DNA of 64,000 nucleotides from assembly GCA_023898605.1 (NCBI GenBank), contig CP060230.1, positions 67,944-131,943 of the forward strand, written 5' to 3'. Each line of letters opens with the position of its first letter. The stretch's first letter is position 1. Positions 34,031 through 42,486 of the stretch are shown piece after piece. A program made the position numbers and the translations under genes. This DNA comes from Candidatus Nomurabacteria bacterium. GTDB lineage: Bacteria > Patescibacteriota > Minisyncoccia > Phycocordibacterales > UBA9973. Under the pieces are notes generated by a model that saw only the letters and a program-made list of their open reading frames with translations, ran no database searches and was not told the DNA's origin.

Positions 34031-34310
34031 ATTTATTAGAGATGAAGGAACAAAAATGCCCCTTCGAACTTATGTTGATAAGCTCGCAGGGGCGATAGTA
34101 TATCGCGGTGCCACCCTACTTTTTTCTCTGGCTCCGTATCGTTGCCTCCCCGTTGTCAGTGGTTCAAAGGCTTCGATATGCAGTAACGCTACTATATCAC
34201 AAACACATACTTAAGTAAAGCGGTAGCGAAAAGCTTTTCGCAAGTATGCTATGTATTTCTAGTCCTGCATAGTCTTAGCAAACATAGTGAACTCTGTCAT
34301 CAATATATAC

Positions 34311-35594
34311 ATGACAGAAATAATAAAAGACAATTTAAAGTATTGTTTGTACGCCCGCAAATCAACCGAAGCAGAAGAAAAACAAGCTCTTTCTATTGAT
34401 TCCCAAATCAAAGAAATGAAGCAAATAGCTGATCGTGAAGGGTTAAATATTGTTGAGATTCGTCGTGAATCTCATAGTGCAAAAGAATCAGGTCAACGAC
34501 CAGTATTTGAAGAAATACTAAAGGATATAGACGACGGCATATTTAACGCCATTATCACTTGGGCACCAGATAGATTAAGTCGTAATGCAGGAGACCTAGG
34601 AAAACTGGTTGATCGTATAGATCAAAAGAAACTAACTCAAATCAAAACTTTTGGTCAGACATTTACAAACTCACCAAGTGACAAATTTCTTCTTATGATT
34701 TTGTGTTCTCAAGCAAAACTTGAGAATGACAACAAGAGTATTAATGTGAAGCGAGGTATGAGAGCACGGTGTGAAATGGGATTATGGCCAGTACAGCCAC
34801 CAACTGGATATAGAAAGCCAAATGAGAGATTGTCTAAATGTGAAGTAGAGATTGATCCAGAAAGAGCACCGGTTATCAAACAAATTTTTGAAAAGATTGC
34901 ATACGAACGATGGAGCGGAATGAGAGTATATTCGTGGTTGCGATATGAATTAAATTTTAAAACACACAAAGGATTCTATTTAAGTGTCGGAAATGTATTT
35001 AAGATAATCAACAACACCTTTTATTACGGACGATTTGAATTTCCACAAGGAAGTGGAAACTGGTATGACGGAAAACACACACCAATAATCAGTAAAGAAC
35101 TTTTTGATGATTGTCGATCTGCAATTAAAACACAGGTCATAAAAACCCATGGAAAAGAGTTTGCGTTTACTCGAATGGTGAAATGTGGATCGTGCGGATC
35201 GGGGATTACTGCTGATGAGAAGTTCAAGAAGTTGCTAAACGGAGGAGTAAATAGACATGTCTATTATAGGTGTACGAAGTCGAAAGATAGAAAATGTACG
35301 AATCCTGCAATAAACGAAGACGATCTATTAAAAGAATTTCAGAAAATGGCAGGAACTTTGGAACTTAATGAAGTACAACTTAATGAGAAATTAAATCTTG
35401 AAATTAAGAAATTCAAAAAACTTCAAGCGATGTTTTTAGGAAAGGACAACCCAGCAGATATACAGAAAGTTGATCTCAGAAATTACATGAAATTCGTTTT
35501 GAAAGACGGAACAATTTTAGAAAAACGATCGGTTCTTGATTGTATAAAAAACGATCTAGTTTTGAAAAATAAGATCATAATAGTTAAAGAGTAA
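34311..35594 (+). CDS. Large serine recombinase (resolvase-domain + recombinase domain + zinc-ribbon)
   Basis: N-terminus CLYARKSTEAEEKQALSIDSQ carries the catalytic Ser. A zinc-ribbon Cys cluster follows (CGSCGS...YYRCTKSKDRKC). ATG at 34311. Confidence 0.8.
   Translation: MTEIIKDNLKYCLYARKSTEAEEKQALSIDSQIKEMKQIADREGLNIVEIRRESHSAKESGQRPVFEEILKDIDDGIFNAIITWAPDRLSRNAGDLGKLVDRIDQKKLTQIKTFGQTFTNSPSDKFLLMILCSQAKLENDNKSINVKRGMRARCEMGLWPVQPPTGYRKPNERLSKCEVEIDPERAPVIKQIFEKIAYERWSGMRVYSWLRYELNFKTHKGFYLSVGNVFKIINNTFYYGRFEFPQGSGNWYDGKHTPIISKELFDDCRSAIKTQVIKTHGKEFAFTRMVKCGSCGSGITADEKFKKLLNGGVNRHVYYRCTKSKDRKCTNPAINEDDLLKEFQKMAGTLELNEVQLNEKLNLEIKKFKKLQAMFLGKDNPADIQKVDLRNYMKFVLKDGTILEKRSVLDCIKNDLVLKNKIIIVKE
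34311..35594 (+). mobile_element. Serine-recombinase gene marking a probable integrated element (extent undefined)
   Basis: Followed by a perfect 11-bp hairpin (35614-35648), a 10-bp hairpin (35683-35708) and tRNA-Glu. Downstream are two sigma factors and the repeat-flanked cassette. Confidence 0.4.
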
Positions 35595-35710
35595 AACTAA
35601 CTTTTTAAACAAAAATACCTAACGAGATCATCGTTAGGTATTTTTGTTATTCTTTATAGCAAGGGTATTTAGTGACCCTTGTCGAGTGCTCGAACTAGCA
35701 CTCGACTCTG

Positions 35711-35782
35711 TGACCCTACGGGGAATCGAACCCCGATTACCGGCTTGAAAAGCCGATGTCCTAACCGTTAGACGATAGGGCC
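35711..35782 (-). tRNA. tRNA-Glu (anticodon TTC)
   Basis: Minus strand: acceptor GGCCCTA/TAGGGTC (one G-U pair). D-arm GTCT-AACGGTTA-AGAC. Anticodon stem TCGGC/GCCGG with loop TTTTCAA. T-arm CGGGG-TTCGATT-CCCCG. Confidence 0.75.
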
Positions 35783-36061
35783 ATTTGGTGGAAAGATTAT
35801 AACACAAGAAAATGATAAAGCAAACGGTATTTCCTTGTCAGATATATGTTTTGTGGTAAGATTTGTTTAAGCGTTTTTTCTGAAAAATCGGGGGAATAAT
35901 GGTGGGTTTTTGGCGTCGTCATTATAGTACGTCTGATTCCGTGGTTGTTTTCTGCCACCCCCGATTTTTTCCAAGTTCTTTACAATGGAAAACCCAGCGA
36001 CCGTCTGGTACGCCTCCATTATACGATTTTCTCGTTAAGTGTGTTTGATTTTTTTGAATTC

Positions 36062-36090
36062 CGACCCCCGTGCTTGCACGGGGGTTTTAT
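36062..36090 (+). terminator. Rho-independent terminator
   Basis: CCCCCGTGC-TT-GCACGGGGG followed by TTTTAT. It closes a structured region that begins at about 35885 and contains the inverted pair AAAATCGGGGG...CCCCCGATTTT. Confidence 0.6.
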
Positions 36091-36140
36091 ATTTGTAATA
36101 GATAAATTTCTATGTATAATCAAAAAAAACCCCTGCACCT

Positions 36141-36710
36141 ATGAAAAATATGCAAACCCTCTCCGACCATCAATTGGTCCAAATGTTCATGAGTGATGGA
36201 AATGAACAAGCTTTTGGTGAAATCTATCTTCGGTACGAAAATCCCGTGAGAGATTTTATTAAAAAATTGTTTTACGGCAGTAAAATGCCAAACTGTCAGG
36301 ACGAAGATGATATCGTTCAAGAAACCTTCCTGAATGTACATAGTGCCTTGAAAAGAGGCCTGTACAAGAATGAAGGGAGAATGAAGGCATGGATCTTTAC
36401 TGTCGCAAAGAATCTTTTTCTGACAATTTTCCAAAAAAACAAAAGGAAGCCAGTGTCGGAACTCAATGATTGGTATTCTAAAATGGTGTTTTTGCCAGAT
36501 ATAGAGAACAGAATGTTCTCCGAAAGGGCTTTCGAATTTCTACTAAAAAGCGGTAGAGATTATGATTGTTTGTTTTTGTATGCGATTGGTTTGAAATACA
36601 ACCAAATTGCAGAAGTCATGAATATCTCCAAAAACACCGTAGGGGCAAAAATATTTAAACAAAGAAAATCTTTGGAAGAGGTTTTTGCCCCAGAGAGATC
36701 AGAACGTTGA
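36141..36710 (+). CDS. ECF-type RNA polymerase sigma factor (sigma-70 family, regions 2 and 4)
   Basis: Region 2 is DIVQETFLNVHSAL. The region-4 HTH is YNQIAEVMNISKNTVGAKIFKQRKSL. A promoter TTGTAA-N16-TATAAT lies upstream. Confidence 0.75.
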   Translation: MKNMQTLSDHQLVQMFMSDGNEQAFGEIYLRYENPVRDFIKKLFYGSKMPNCQDEDDIVQETFLNVHSALKRGLYKNEGRMKAWIFTVAKNLFLTIFQKNKRKPVSELNDWYSKMVFLPDIENRMFSERAFEFLLKSGRDYDCLFLYAIGLKYNQIAEVMNISKNTVGAKIFKQRKSLEEVFAPERSER

Positions 36711-36809
36711 AAACAACAACTGCGTGCCCCGTGCTGCGCAGTTTTTTTGTGATAAAATATTCTGGTTAATCATTTAACTAAAAAATAAAAAAATATAAAA
36801 ATCGGCACT

Positions 36810-36838
36810 TTGACATAAGTGTCGATTTTATGTAGTAT
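36810..36838 (+). promoter_or_regulatory. Promoter TTGACA-N17-TAGTAT
   Basis: Same hexamer pair as at 4515. Confidence 0.45.
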
Positions 36839-36857
36839 CGAAAAAAAGCACATTCAT

Positions 36858-37904
36858 ATGTCCAATAAAAAACCAGAAATGACCATAGACTATTCTAAGG
36901 CAGAAGAGGTTTTCGGAACATTGTATGATGCTTTCGAAAACAAAACTTTTCCTTTTGACCAAGTCGTTTTACCTCAAAGGAGGGATAACATGCCTGACTC
37001 GATAGAGTGGGGTGGTCGCGATCACGCACTTTTTCTGTTTACTCTATGCTACTACATGAGAGGTCAGATAAAGAGTGAAACTGCTGTAAAAAATCTCAAG
37101 AAAATATGGGAAGACAACAAAGATTTGTTCGACCCAGATTACTTGAAATTTGCGGACCACGAAACAGTTTCCAAGATTATCGAAGACAAGTTGTTTTTTA
37201 ACGGCCTCGGATTCGGATCAAAGTCCATTGCACCCCAATGGTGTCTCAACAAAGTCAAAATAGCCAATCATTGGTCAAGTGATCCACGTAAACTGTTTGA
37301 AAATGTTTCCGGATATGAAGACGCTCTAAAGGTCGTAGCAAACAAGGGTAAATGGAAAGCCGAGAAGCCAAACGGTTTCTATGGTTTCCAAGAGAAAATG
37401 GTTTCCATGCTCGCATATTTTTATGTTGATGCAGGAATTATTTCACCCCTGAGATTCCCGCCACCAATAGATTTTCATATCTTGAGAGTTCTGGTTTCAA
37501 ACGAAGTTTTGAAGATCAGTAACTTCTATCCCGGAATGAGTTTCTATTATGGTAAGACCACCGATATGGCAAGAGAGGTGACAAATTGGTGGTTGGAGAA
37601 ACATTCTAAAGATCCGATGATACTTTCCAACGTTCTGTGGCTTATGTCTCGGGACAACTGTGAAAGATCCCCAACAAACGGATCAATCATTGGAGAGTAC
37701 AAAGCAAGGAGTACTAAGGTGAATCCAAAAAATCTTTCTTTCAAGATGGCCACTAAAAGGTTCGAGAATACCTGCTTCAGGTGTCCGATCAAAGATAGTT
37801 GTAGGTATGATATACCATCGGCTTCTTATTATACACACGGAAAACTCGAAGTAAGGCAAGAGAAGAAAAAGGACTATCTGGTACAACTAAGGTTGAAACT
37901 ATAA
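36858..37904 (+). CDS. Hypothetical protein with C-terminal Cys cluster (CFRCPIKDSCRY)
   Basis: 349 aa from the ATG at 36858 (MSNKKPEM). No recognisable domain by eye. Confidence 0.45.
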   Translation: MSNKKPEMTIDYSKAEEVFGTLYDAFENKTFPFDQVVLPQRRDNMPDSIEWGGRDHALFLFTLCYYMRGQIKSETAVKNLKKIWEDNKDLFDPDYLKFADHETVSKIIEDKLFFNGLGFGSKSIAPQWCLNKVKIANHWSSDPRKLFENVSGYEDALKVVANKGKWKAEKPNGFYGFQEKMVSMLAYFYVDAGIISPLRFPPPIDFHILRVLVSNEVLKISNFYPGMSFYYGKTTDMAREVTNWWLEKHSKDPMILSNVLWLMSRDNCERSPTNGSIIGEYKARSTKVNPKNLSFKMATKRFENTCFRCPIKDSCRYDIPSASYYTHGKLEVRQEKKKDYLVQLRLKL

Positions 37905-37978
37905 GCGTTTGATTTGAATTTTCAGTCAAACGCTTTTTCTTTTTGCATAAAGTGGGGGATAGGAATATAATTTACATT

Positions 37979-38581
37979 ATGATAAAAGTTGACTACAAAG
38001 AAGCTTTTTTGGGGATACTAGGTGCGGTTCTTGTAATTGTTGCTATCGGAGTTGCACCACTGGAAAAAATCAAAAATTCTTCTACAAACAAAGGTGAGGT
38101 CGGTGTTTCTGATTATGAAAAAACTGTAAACGAAATACTGTCTGTTATTGCTCTATCTTCGGAAGTAAACGAGCCGGTGGGGTCTTTGTTTGAAGAATAC
38201 TACTCAACACATTCTTCTTCTGATATGAGTGTTGCAGAAAAGAATCTACTTGATCAAGCAAGACGAAGACTAGATGGGGCAGGGGTTTCACTCAGGATAC
38301 CAACTGTCGAAGGTGTGAATTTATACTCTATGCAAGGAGGTGACGGATACGGTGGATATTTCTGGGTCCTGTGGCTTTCTGAAGAAAGAAGAGCTGGACT
38401 AGTAGGTAATCCAGATATAACAATAAACTTCCCAGTAGAAGATCCGAGCGTGCTTATGGTCAGAACAGAAAAGTTTATGGTAGACGGAGAAGACCAGCCA
38501 TTAGTCAGGGGTTATCTTATAGAAAATGGTTTTGCAAACCCAACAGTCGGACCGTCTCCAGTGTTTGTAGAATATAAATAA
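37979..38581 (+). CDS. Hypothetical membrane-anchored protein
   Basis: A single N-terminal TM helix (ATG at 37979, MIKVDYKEAFLGILG...) followed by a soluble domain. Confidence 0.4.
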   Translation: MIKVDYKEAFLGILGAVLVIVAIGVAPLEKIKNSSTNKGEVGVSDYEKTVNEILSVIALSSEVNEPVGSLFEEYYSTHSSSDMSVAEKNLLDQARRRLDGAGVSLRIPTVEGVNLYSMQGGDGYGGYFWVLWLSEERRAGLVGNPDITINFPVEDPSVLMVRTEKFMVDGEDQPLVRGYLIENGFANPTVGPSPVFVEYK

Positions 38582-38583
38582 AA

Positions 38584-38610
38584 ATCTCCGCACAAAGCGG
38601 AGTTTTTTTA
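38584..38610 (+). terminator. Rho-independent terminator
   Basis: CTCCGC-ACAAA-GCGGAG followed by TTTTTTT. The T-run is the first part of the 52-bp repeat. Confidence 0.6.
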
Positions 38611-38654
38611 TTCTCTATCTACTCTCTCATCGAGAAGTACTGGCTCTATGTCGC
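38603..38654. repeat. 52-bp perfect direct repeat, copy 1 (duplicate of rmuC 3' end)
   Basis: TTTTTTTATTCTCTATCTACTCTCTCATCGAGAAGTACTGGCTCTATGTCGC is identical to 39673-39724. Confidence 0.9.
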
Positions 38655-38723
38655 CAAAACTTTTTATATTTATATTTGACTTATATATATTTATATAGTA
38701 TAATATAAAAAAATAACAACAAA

Positions 38724-39668
38724 ATGCACCTTAACAAAAGCCAACAAAAAGAAGTACAAAAATTTCTACAGATGGTAGGTGCTAAAAAGCCACTTACCTT
38801 AGAAGAAGAAAAAAGACTCTTTGAAAAGAGTCTTTCAAAAGACCAAATTAAAAAATTATTGATTTCGCACAATGCTCGTTATATTGTGCATGTAGTGAAA
38901 GAACACCTTTACGAAGGTGTTGAAATAGCTGACCTTCTACAAGAAGGATTGGTAGCGACTTATGTCGCTGCCGATAAATTTGACCATACTCGTGGTTTTA
39001 AATTTATCAGCTACGCTACTCATTACATGAAAGCGTATATTTTGAAATTTTGTTCAGAGGAGATTAATTTTAGCCTAAGTGAGATGCTAAAACACATTAA
39101 GGTAAAAAAAATTTCTTCAATTTTTGAACAAAAGTTTGGGATATACCCTCTAATTCAAGATATTGCCTTTGACGAGGAGGTGATGGAATACCTTGGAATT
39201 AGTAGTGGGAATCTTAAAAAAATTTTTTACAAAATAGAGGTTCTTTCCTTGGAAGCTACTTACAAGGAAAGAAGGGATGGAGAATCCTATACCTCAAGTG
39301 TTTCACCAATCGATGTGTTGATTGATGAAACCTTCGCGATCGATCCTGAGATGGAGAAGGAGTCCTTCAGGATGGACTTAAAAGAGTTTTTCAAAATCTT
39401 AAATATCCGTCTAAGGACGGACTTGTCCTTTCTTATCTTCAATATAGGTTCGCAAGAGCTTATAAAAGATTCGAAGGACAATCTCGTCCAAGAATTGATG
39501 GAAGAATATCCATCAGGATATGAAGTTGACTTGGAAACCCTGGGACTCGTCTTGGGGATTAGCAAGGAAAGGGTAAGGCAAAGGATTCATAAGAGCATCT
39601 CTGAGCTAAGAAAAAGGGAGAAGCTTGTGAGTCTGTTTTTTGAAAAACATAGAAGCCTTCTTAATTGA
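38724..39668 (+). CDS. Sigma-70-family RNA polymerase sigma factor (314 aa)
   Basis: Region 2 is DLLQEGLVATYVAADKFDHTRGFKFISYATHYMKAYI. The region-4 HTH is LETLGLVLGISKERVRQRIHKSISELRK. It has its own promoter, TTGACT-N17-TATAAT. Confidence 0.75.
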   Translation: MHLNKSQQKEVQKFLQMVGAKKPLTLEEEKRLFEKSLSKDQIKKLLISHNARYIVHVVKEHLYEGVEIADLLQEGLVATYVAADKFDHTRGFKFISYATHYMKAYILKFCSEEINFSLSEMLKHIKVKKISSIFEQKFGIYPLIQDIAFDEEVMEYLGISSGNLKKIFYKIEVLSLEATYKERRDGESYTSSVSPIDVLIDETFAIDPEMEKESFRMDLKEFFKILNIRLRTDLSFLIFNIGSQELIKDSKDNLVQELMEEYPSGYEVDLETLGLVLGISKERVRQRIHKSISELRKREKLVSLFFEKHRSLLN

Positions 39669-39672
39669 AGGC

Positions 39673-39724
39673 TTTTTTTATTCTCTATCTACTCTCTCAT
39701 CGAGAAGTACTGGCTCTATGTCGC
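39673..39724. repeat. 52-bp perfect direct repeat, copy 2 (native rmuC 3' end; encodes EPVLLDERVDRE-stop on the minus strand)
   Basis: Identical to 38603-38654. Confidence 0.9.
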
Positions 39725-40718
39725 TAGATGCTCCAGCGATACGCAAGACGTCTTTGTCGACTTTCTTGAGTTCTTTTCCAGAAGAGTTATAGTGATTTAC
39801 TGCAGTCGATAAGGTGTTGCCGAGTTTGTTATGATAATCCTCATAAGCTTTCAAGTGTTTACCTAGATCTTCAACTCTTTTGATTATTTCTTGTGCGCGT
39901 TCTTCTATCTCTAGAGCTTTGAGCCCTTGGAGAACAGTTTGGAGGAATGCTAGGAATGAAGTAGGAGAGACTATGATAACTTTTTTTTCTTTGAACGCAT
40001 AGTCTATGAGGTCACGAGTGTTGACCTTGATACCGCCGACTTGAGCAACAAGAAGATCATAATATATAGCTTCGTGAGGTATGAACATAAACGCAAAGTC
40101 CATAGTTCCTTCGCTTGGTTTTACGTATTTACTTGTTTCGTCGATACGAAGCTTGAGATCGTTCTTGAACTGCTTCTCCAACTCTTCTCTTCGAGACTTA
40201 TCTTTTTCTTCGACAAGACGGTTGTAGTTTTCTAGAGAAAACTTGGAGTCTATCGGTATAATCTTGTCTTTGACGAAAACAACTGCATCGACAATAGTAC
40301 CGTCTTTGAAACCATACTGTACTTGGTATGAGCTTGGAGGAAGAACATTTTTCAAAACTGTTTCTAGATAATATTCGCCCAAGATACCTCTTTGTTTTGG
40401 ATTCTTGAGTATGTCCTGGAGACTTTCTAGCTGTTCGGCGAAACCTACAACTTGTTTTCCGGTTTCTTTGACTTCAGTAAGTTCGCGAGTTATTTCTCGT
40501 ATTATTTTTTGTGATTCTCCCGCTTGGTATCGTATAGATTCGTTGACTTGTCTTTCTGTTTCGCGGAGTTTCTGATCGAGAGTATTGGAGAGGTTGTTTA
40601 GTTGCTGTAGTAGTAGGGAAGAGTCGCCATCTTTTGGAGAAGAGTTCTTGTTTTTGGAAAGATAAAAAATAATCCCCAAAAGCATGATGACTATAATTCC
40701 AAAAAAGATGTTTTCCAT
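39678..40718 (-). CDS. rmuC: DNA recombination protein RmuC
   Basis: N-terminal TM helix, a coiled coil, then GILGEYYLETVL, IPIDSKF and MFIPHEAIYYDLL blocks typical of RmuC. Confidence 0.8.
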   Translation of the reverse strand: MENIFFGIIVIMLLGIIFYLSKNKNSSPKDGDSSLLLQQLNNLSNTLDQKLRETERQVNESIRYQAGESQKIIREITRELTEVKETGKQVVGFAEQLESLQDILKNPKQRGILGEYYLETVLKNVLPPSSYQVQYGFKDGTIVDAVVFVKDKIIPIDSKFSLENYNRLVEEKDKSRREELEKQFKNDLKLRIDETSKYVKPSEGTMDFAFMFIPHEAIYYDLLVAQVGGIKVNTRDLIDYAFKEKKVIIVSPTSFLAFLQTVLQGLKALEIEERAQEIIKRVEDLGKHLKAYEDYHNKLGNTLSTAVNHYNSSGKELKKVDKDVLRIAGASSDIEPVLLDERVDRE

Positions 40719-40799
40719 ATCGGTTAATTATATCAGATTTTGAGTATTAAAAAATTTGACTTTTGACTGATAATGTTTAATATCGGTTTTGAATAAAGC

Positions 40800-40960
40800 A
40801 CATATAGATGAAAGAAAAAAATATACAAAAAGTGCCCATTGTCTGGGCACCAGGGCATCATGTATCTGTAAAAACTATGGACCAGTTGCCTAGCCACAAC
40901 TACGAAACACCGGACTATTTAGTTCGGAAATGACCCAAGGCCGCGTTTGCGGCCTTTTTT
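40800..40960 (+). ncRNA. Candidate sRNA (three hairpins + intrinsic terminator), orphan in an intergenic region between two minus-strand genes
   Basis: Hairpins are GTGCCCA-TTGTC-TGGGCAC and CCGGACTA-TTT-AGTTCGG. A terminator GGCCGCGTTTGCGGCC followed by TTTTTT is on the plus strand. Confidence 0.25.
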
Positions 40961-41708
40961 ATTGTTCGAGGAAATATTTGAGAGTATATAGCCAGTCTTC
41001 TTCTCCATCAGGGTTTTTTAGTTTTTCGTTGTACATCCACTCTAGATAACCTCTATCCATTTTGGCAACGTCTTCTACTTTTTGTCCGTTATATTTTCCA
41101 AAACCAAAAACTCTCATTATAGAAGGCTTGCTAGAGATTTCTATCATTTCTTTTATTGCTTCTTCTTCGTCGCCATTGTTTTTGTCTAGAAACTTTTTGT
41201 AGAGTCTTTCAAATAGTTTTCCCAGAACCAAAACATCACCCTTGGCATCATGAGCTTGAGCATCTACATCCATATCTAGAAAGTATCTTAGGTACTGCAA
41301 GTTGTATCTCGGTATTTTGGAGTCTTTGTCCATATGGCGTACGAGTCTCAGTGTGCAGATAAAGTCACCGATGTTTATGTCTTCTTTTGAAAACATATTT
41401 ATATCGAAAGGTGCGTTGTGTGCTACTGGTATATTATCTCTATCTTCAAAAAGTTTTTTGATTTTTTCATAATCAGAACTTTTTTTGAAAGCTTCTTTTC
41501 CTTCTACCATTTTGTTTGAGATATGATGAACTGCACTTGCTTCTGGTGGTATGGGTTTTCCAGGATTGTACAACTCTACAAAAATCTCACCATCTTCAAA
41601 GCTTGTGTCACCACGCTCTTTCTTGGCATAAGCTATTTGGCATAGTACATCTTCTTCTGTGTTTCCAGTAGTTTCTGTATCAAAAAATATAAAATTCTTC
41701 ATAGCCAT
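40959..41708 (-). CDS. DEDDh 3'-5' exonuclease (DnaQ-like) with ExoX-like C-terminal domain
   Basis: Exo I is FFDTETTG, Exo II is VAHNAPFDINM and Exo III is HDAKGDV. The C-terminus FGKYNGQKVEDVAKMDRGYLEWM matches the ExoX-like C-terminal block. ATG at 41708 (MAMKNF). Confidence 0.7.
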   Translation of the reverse strand: MAMKNFIFFDTETTGNTEEDVLCQIAYAKKERGDTSFEDGEIFVELYNPGKPIPPEASAVHHISNKMVEGKEAFKKSSDYEKIKKLFEDRDNIPVAHNAPFDINMFSKEDINIGDFICTLRLVRHMDKDSKIPRYNLQYLRYFLDMDVDAQAHDAKGDVLVLGKLFERLYKKFLDKNNGDEEEAIKEMIEISSKPSIMRVFGFGKYNGQKVEDVAKMDRGYLEWMYNEKLKNPDGEEDWLYTLKYFLEQ

Positions 41709-41738
41709 ACTATACAACTTTTGATATAATCTTTCTAT

Positions 41739-42191
41739 ATGAGTTTGCAAACAGACATAAAAGAAAAAATAAAAGAAGCAATGTTGGCAAAGGACCAAGT
41801 AAGGCTTGGTGTTATGAGGATGCTAACTAGTGCGTTTACAAATGAGCTTGTAGCCAAGGGTAAAAAGCCGACAGAAGAACTTTCTGACGACGAGGCATTG
41901 GCCGTGATTGCAAGGCTTGCAAAACAGAGAAAAGACTCAATAAGTCAGTTCGAAGCCGGTGGAAGAATGGATCTTGTAGAAGAAGAGAAGGGTCAGCTAA
42001 CTATTCTAGAAGAATTTTTACCAGAAATGATGGGAGAAGATGAAGTTAGAAGTTTTGTTTCTACAAAGAAAACAGAGCTCGGAGTAGATGATCCAAAAGA
42101 CAAAGGAAAGCTTATGTCAGAAGTTATGAAAGAATTAAAAGGTCGAGCCGATGGAGGCATTGTAAAAAGTGTAGTAGATAGTTTGTTTTAA
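41739..42191 (+). CDS. GatB/YqeY domain protein
   Basis: Sequence ...QVRLGVMRMLTSAFTNE...DEALAVIARLAKQRKDSISQFEAGGR is typical of the GatB_Yqey family. Confidence 0.75.
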   Translation: MSLQTDIKEKIKEAMLAKDQVRLGVMRMLTSAFTNELVAKGKKPTEELSDDEALAVIARLAKQRKDSISQFEAGGRMDLVEEEKGQLTILEEFLPEMMGEDEVRSFVSTKKTELGVDDPKDKGKLMSEVMKELKGRADGGIVKSVVDSLF

Positions 42192-42208
42192 ATTTTTTAA
42201 TTATGAAT

Positions 42209-42482
42209 CCCGTTAGAGATTAATCATGTTTTATGTTTACGTATTACAGAGTAAAAAAGACGGGAAAATGTATACAGGAAGTACCAAAGATCTTCGGAAG
42301 CGCTTTTTGCAACACGAAAAAGGATTATCAACTTGGACAAAAGGAAGAGGTCCATTTATAATGGTTTATTATGAAGCATGTCTCAATGAGCAAGATGCTC
42401 GGTCGCGTGAGACATATTTAAAATCAGGTATGGGAAAGCGTTATCTAAAAAATAGACTTAAGCGCTTCCTATCTCTAACGGG
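42209..42482 (+). mobile_element. 274-bp miniature TIR element carrying a GIY-YIG ORF; 12-14-bp perfect terminal inverted repeats; putative 5-bp target duplication ATGAA
   Basis: Left end is (AT)CCCGTTAGAGAT at 42207-42220. Right end is ATCTCTAACGGG(AT) at 42471-42484. Flanks read ..ATGAAT|..|ATGAAA.. The downstream gene's ATG lies in the right-hand ATGAA copy. Confidence 0.6.
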
Positions 42483-42486
42483 ATGA
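42226..42486 (+). CDS. GIY-YIG nuclease family small protein
   Basis: N-terminus FYVYVLQSKKDGKMYTGSTKDLRKRFLQHEKG carries GIY-YIG. The stop codon TGA is supplied by the flanking ATGAA. Confidence 0.8.
   Translation: MFYVYVLQSKKDGKMYTGSTKDLRKRFLQHEKGLSTWTKGRGPFIMVYYEACLNEQDARSRETYLKSGMGKRYLKNRLKRFLSLTG

Noticed and set aside
32646-35689. 13-bp direct repeat GACCCTTGTCGAG (32646 and 35677) as possible att sites around aspS and the serine recombinase
   Set aside because: Dozens of chance 13-mer matches are expected in 64 kb. The enclosed aspS is essential. The second copy is part of a local hairpin.
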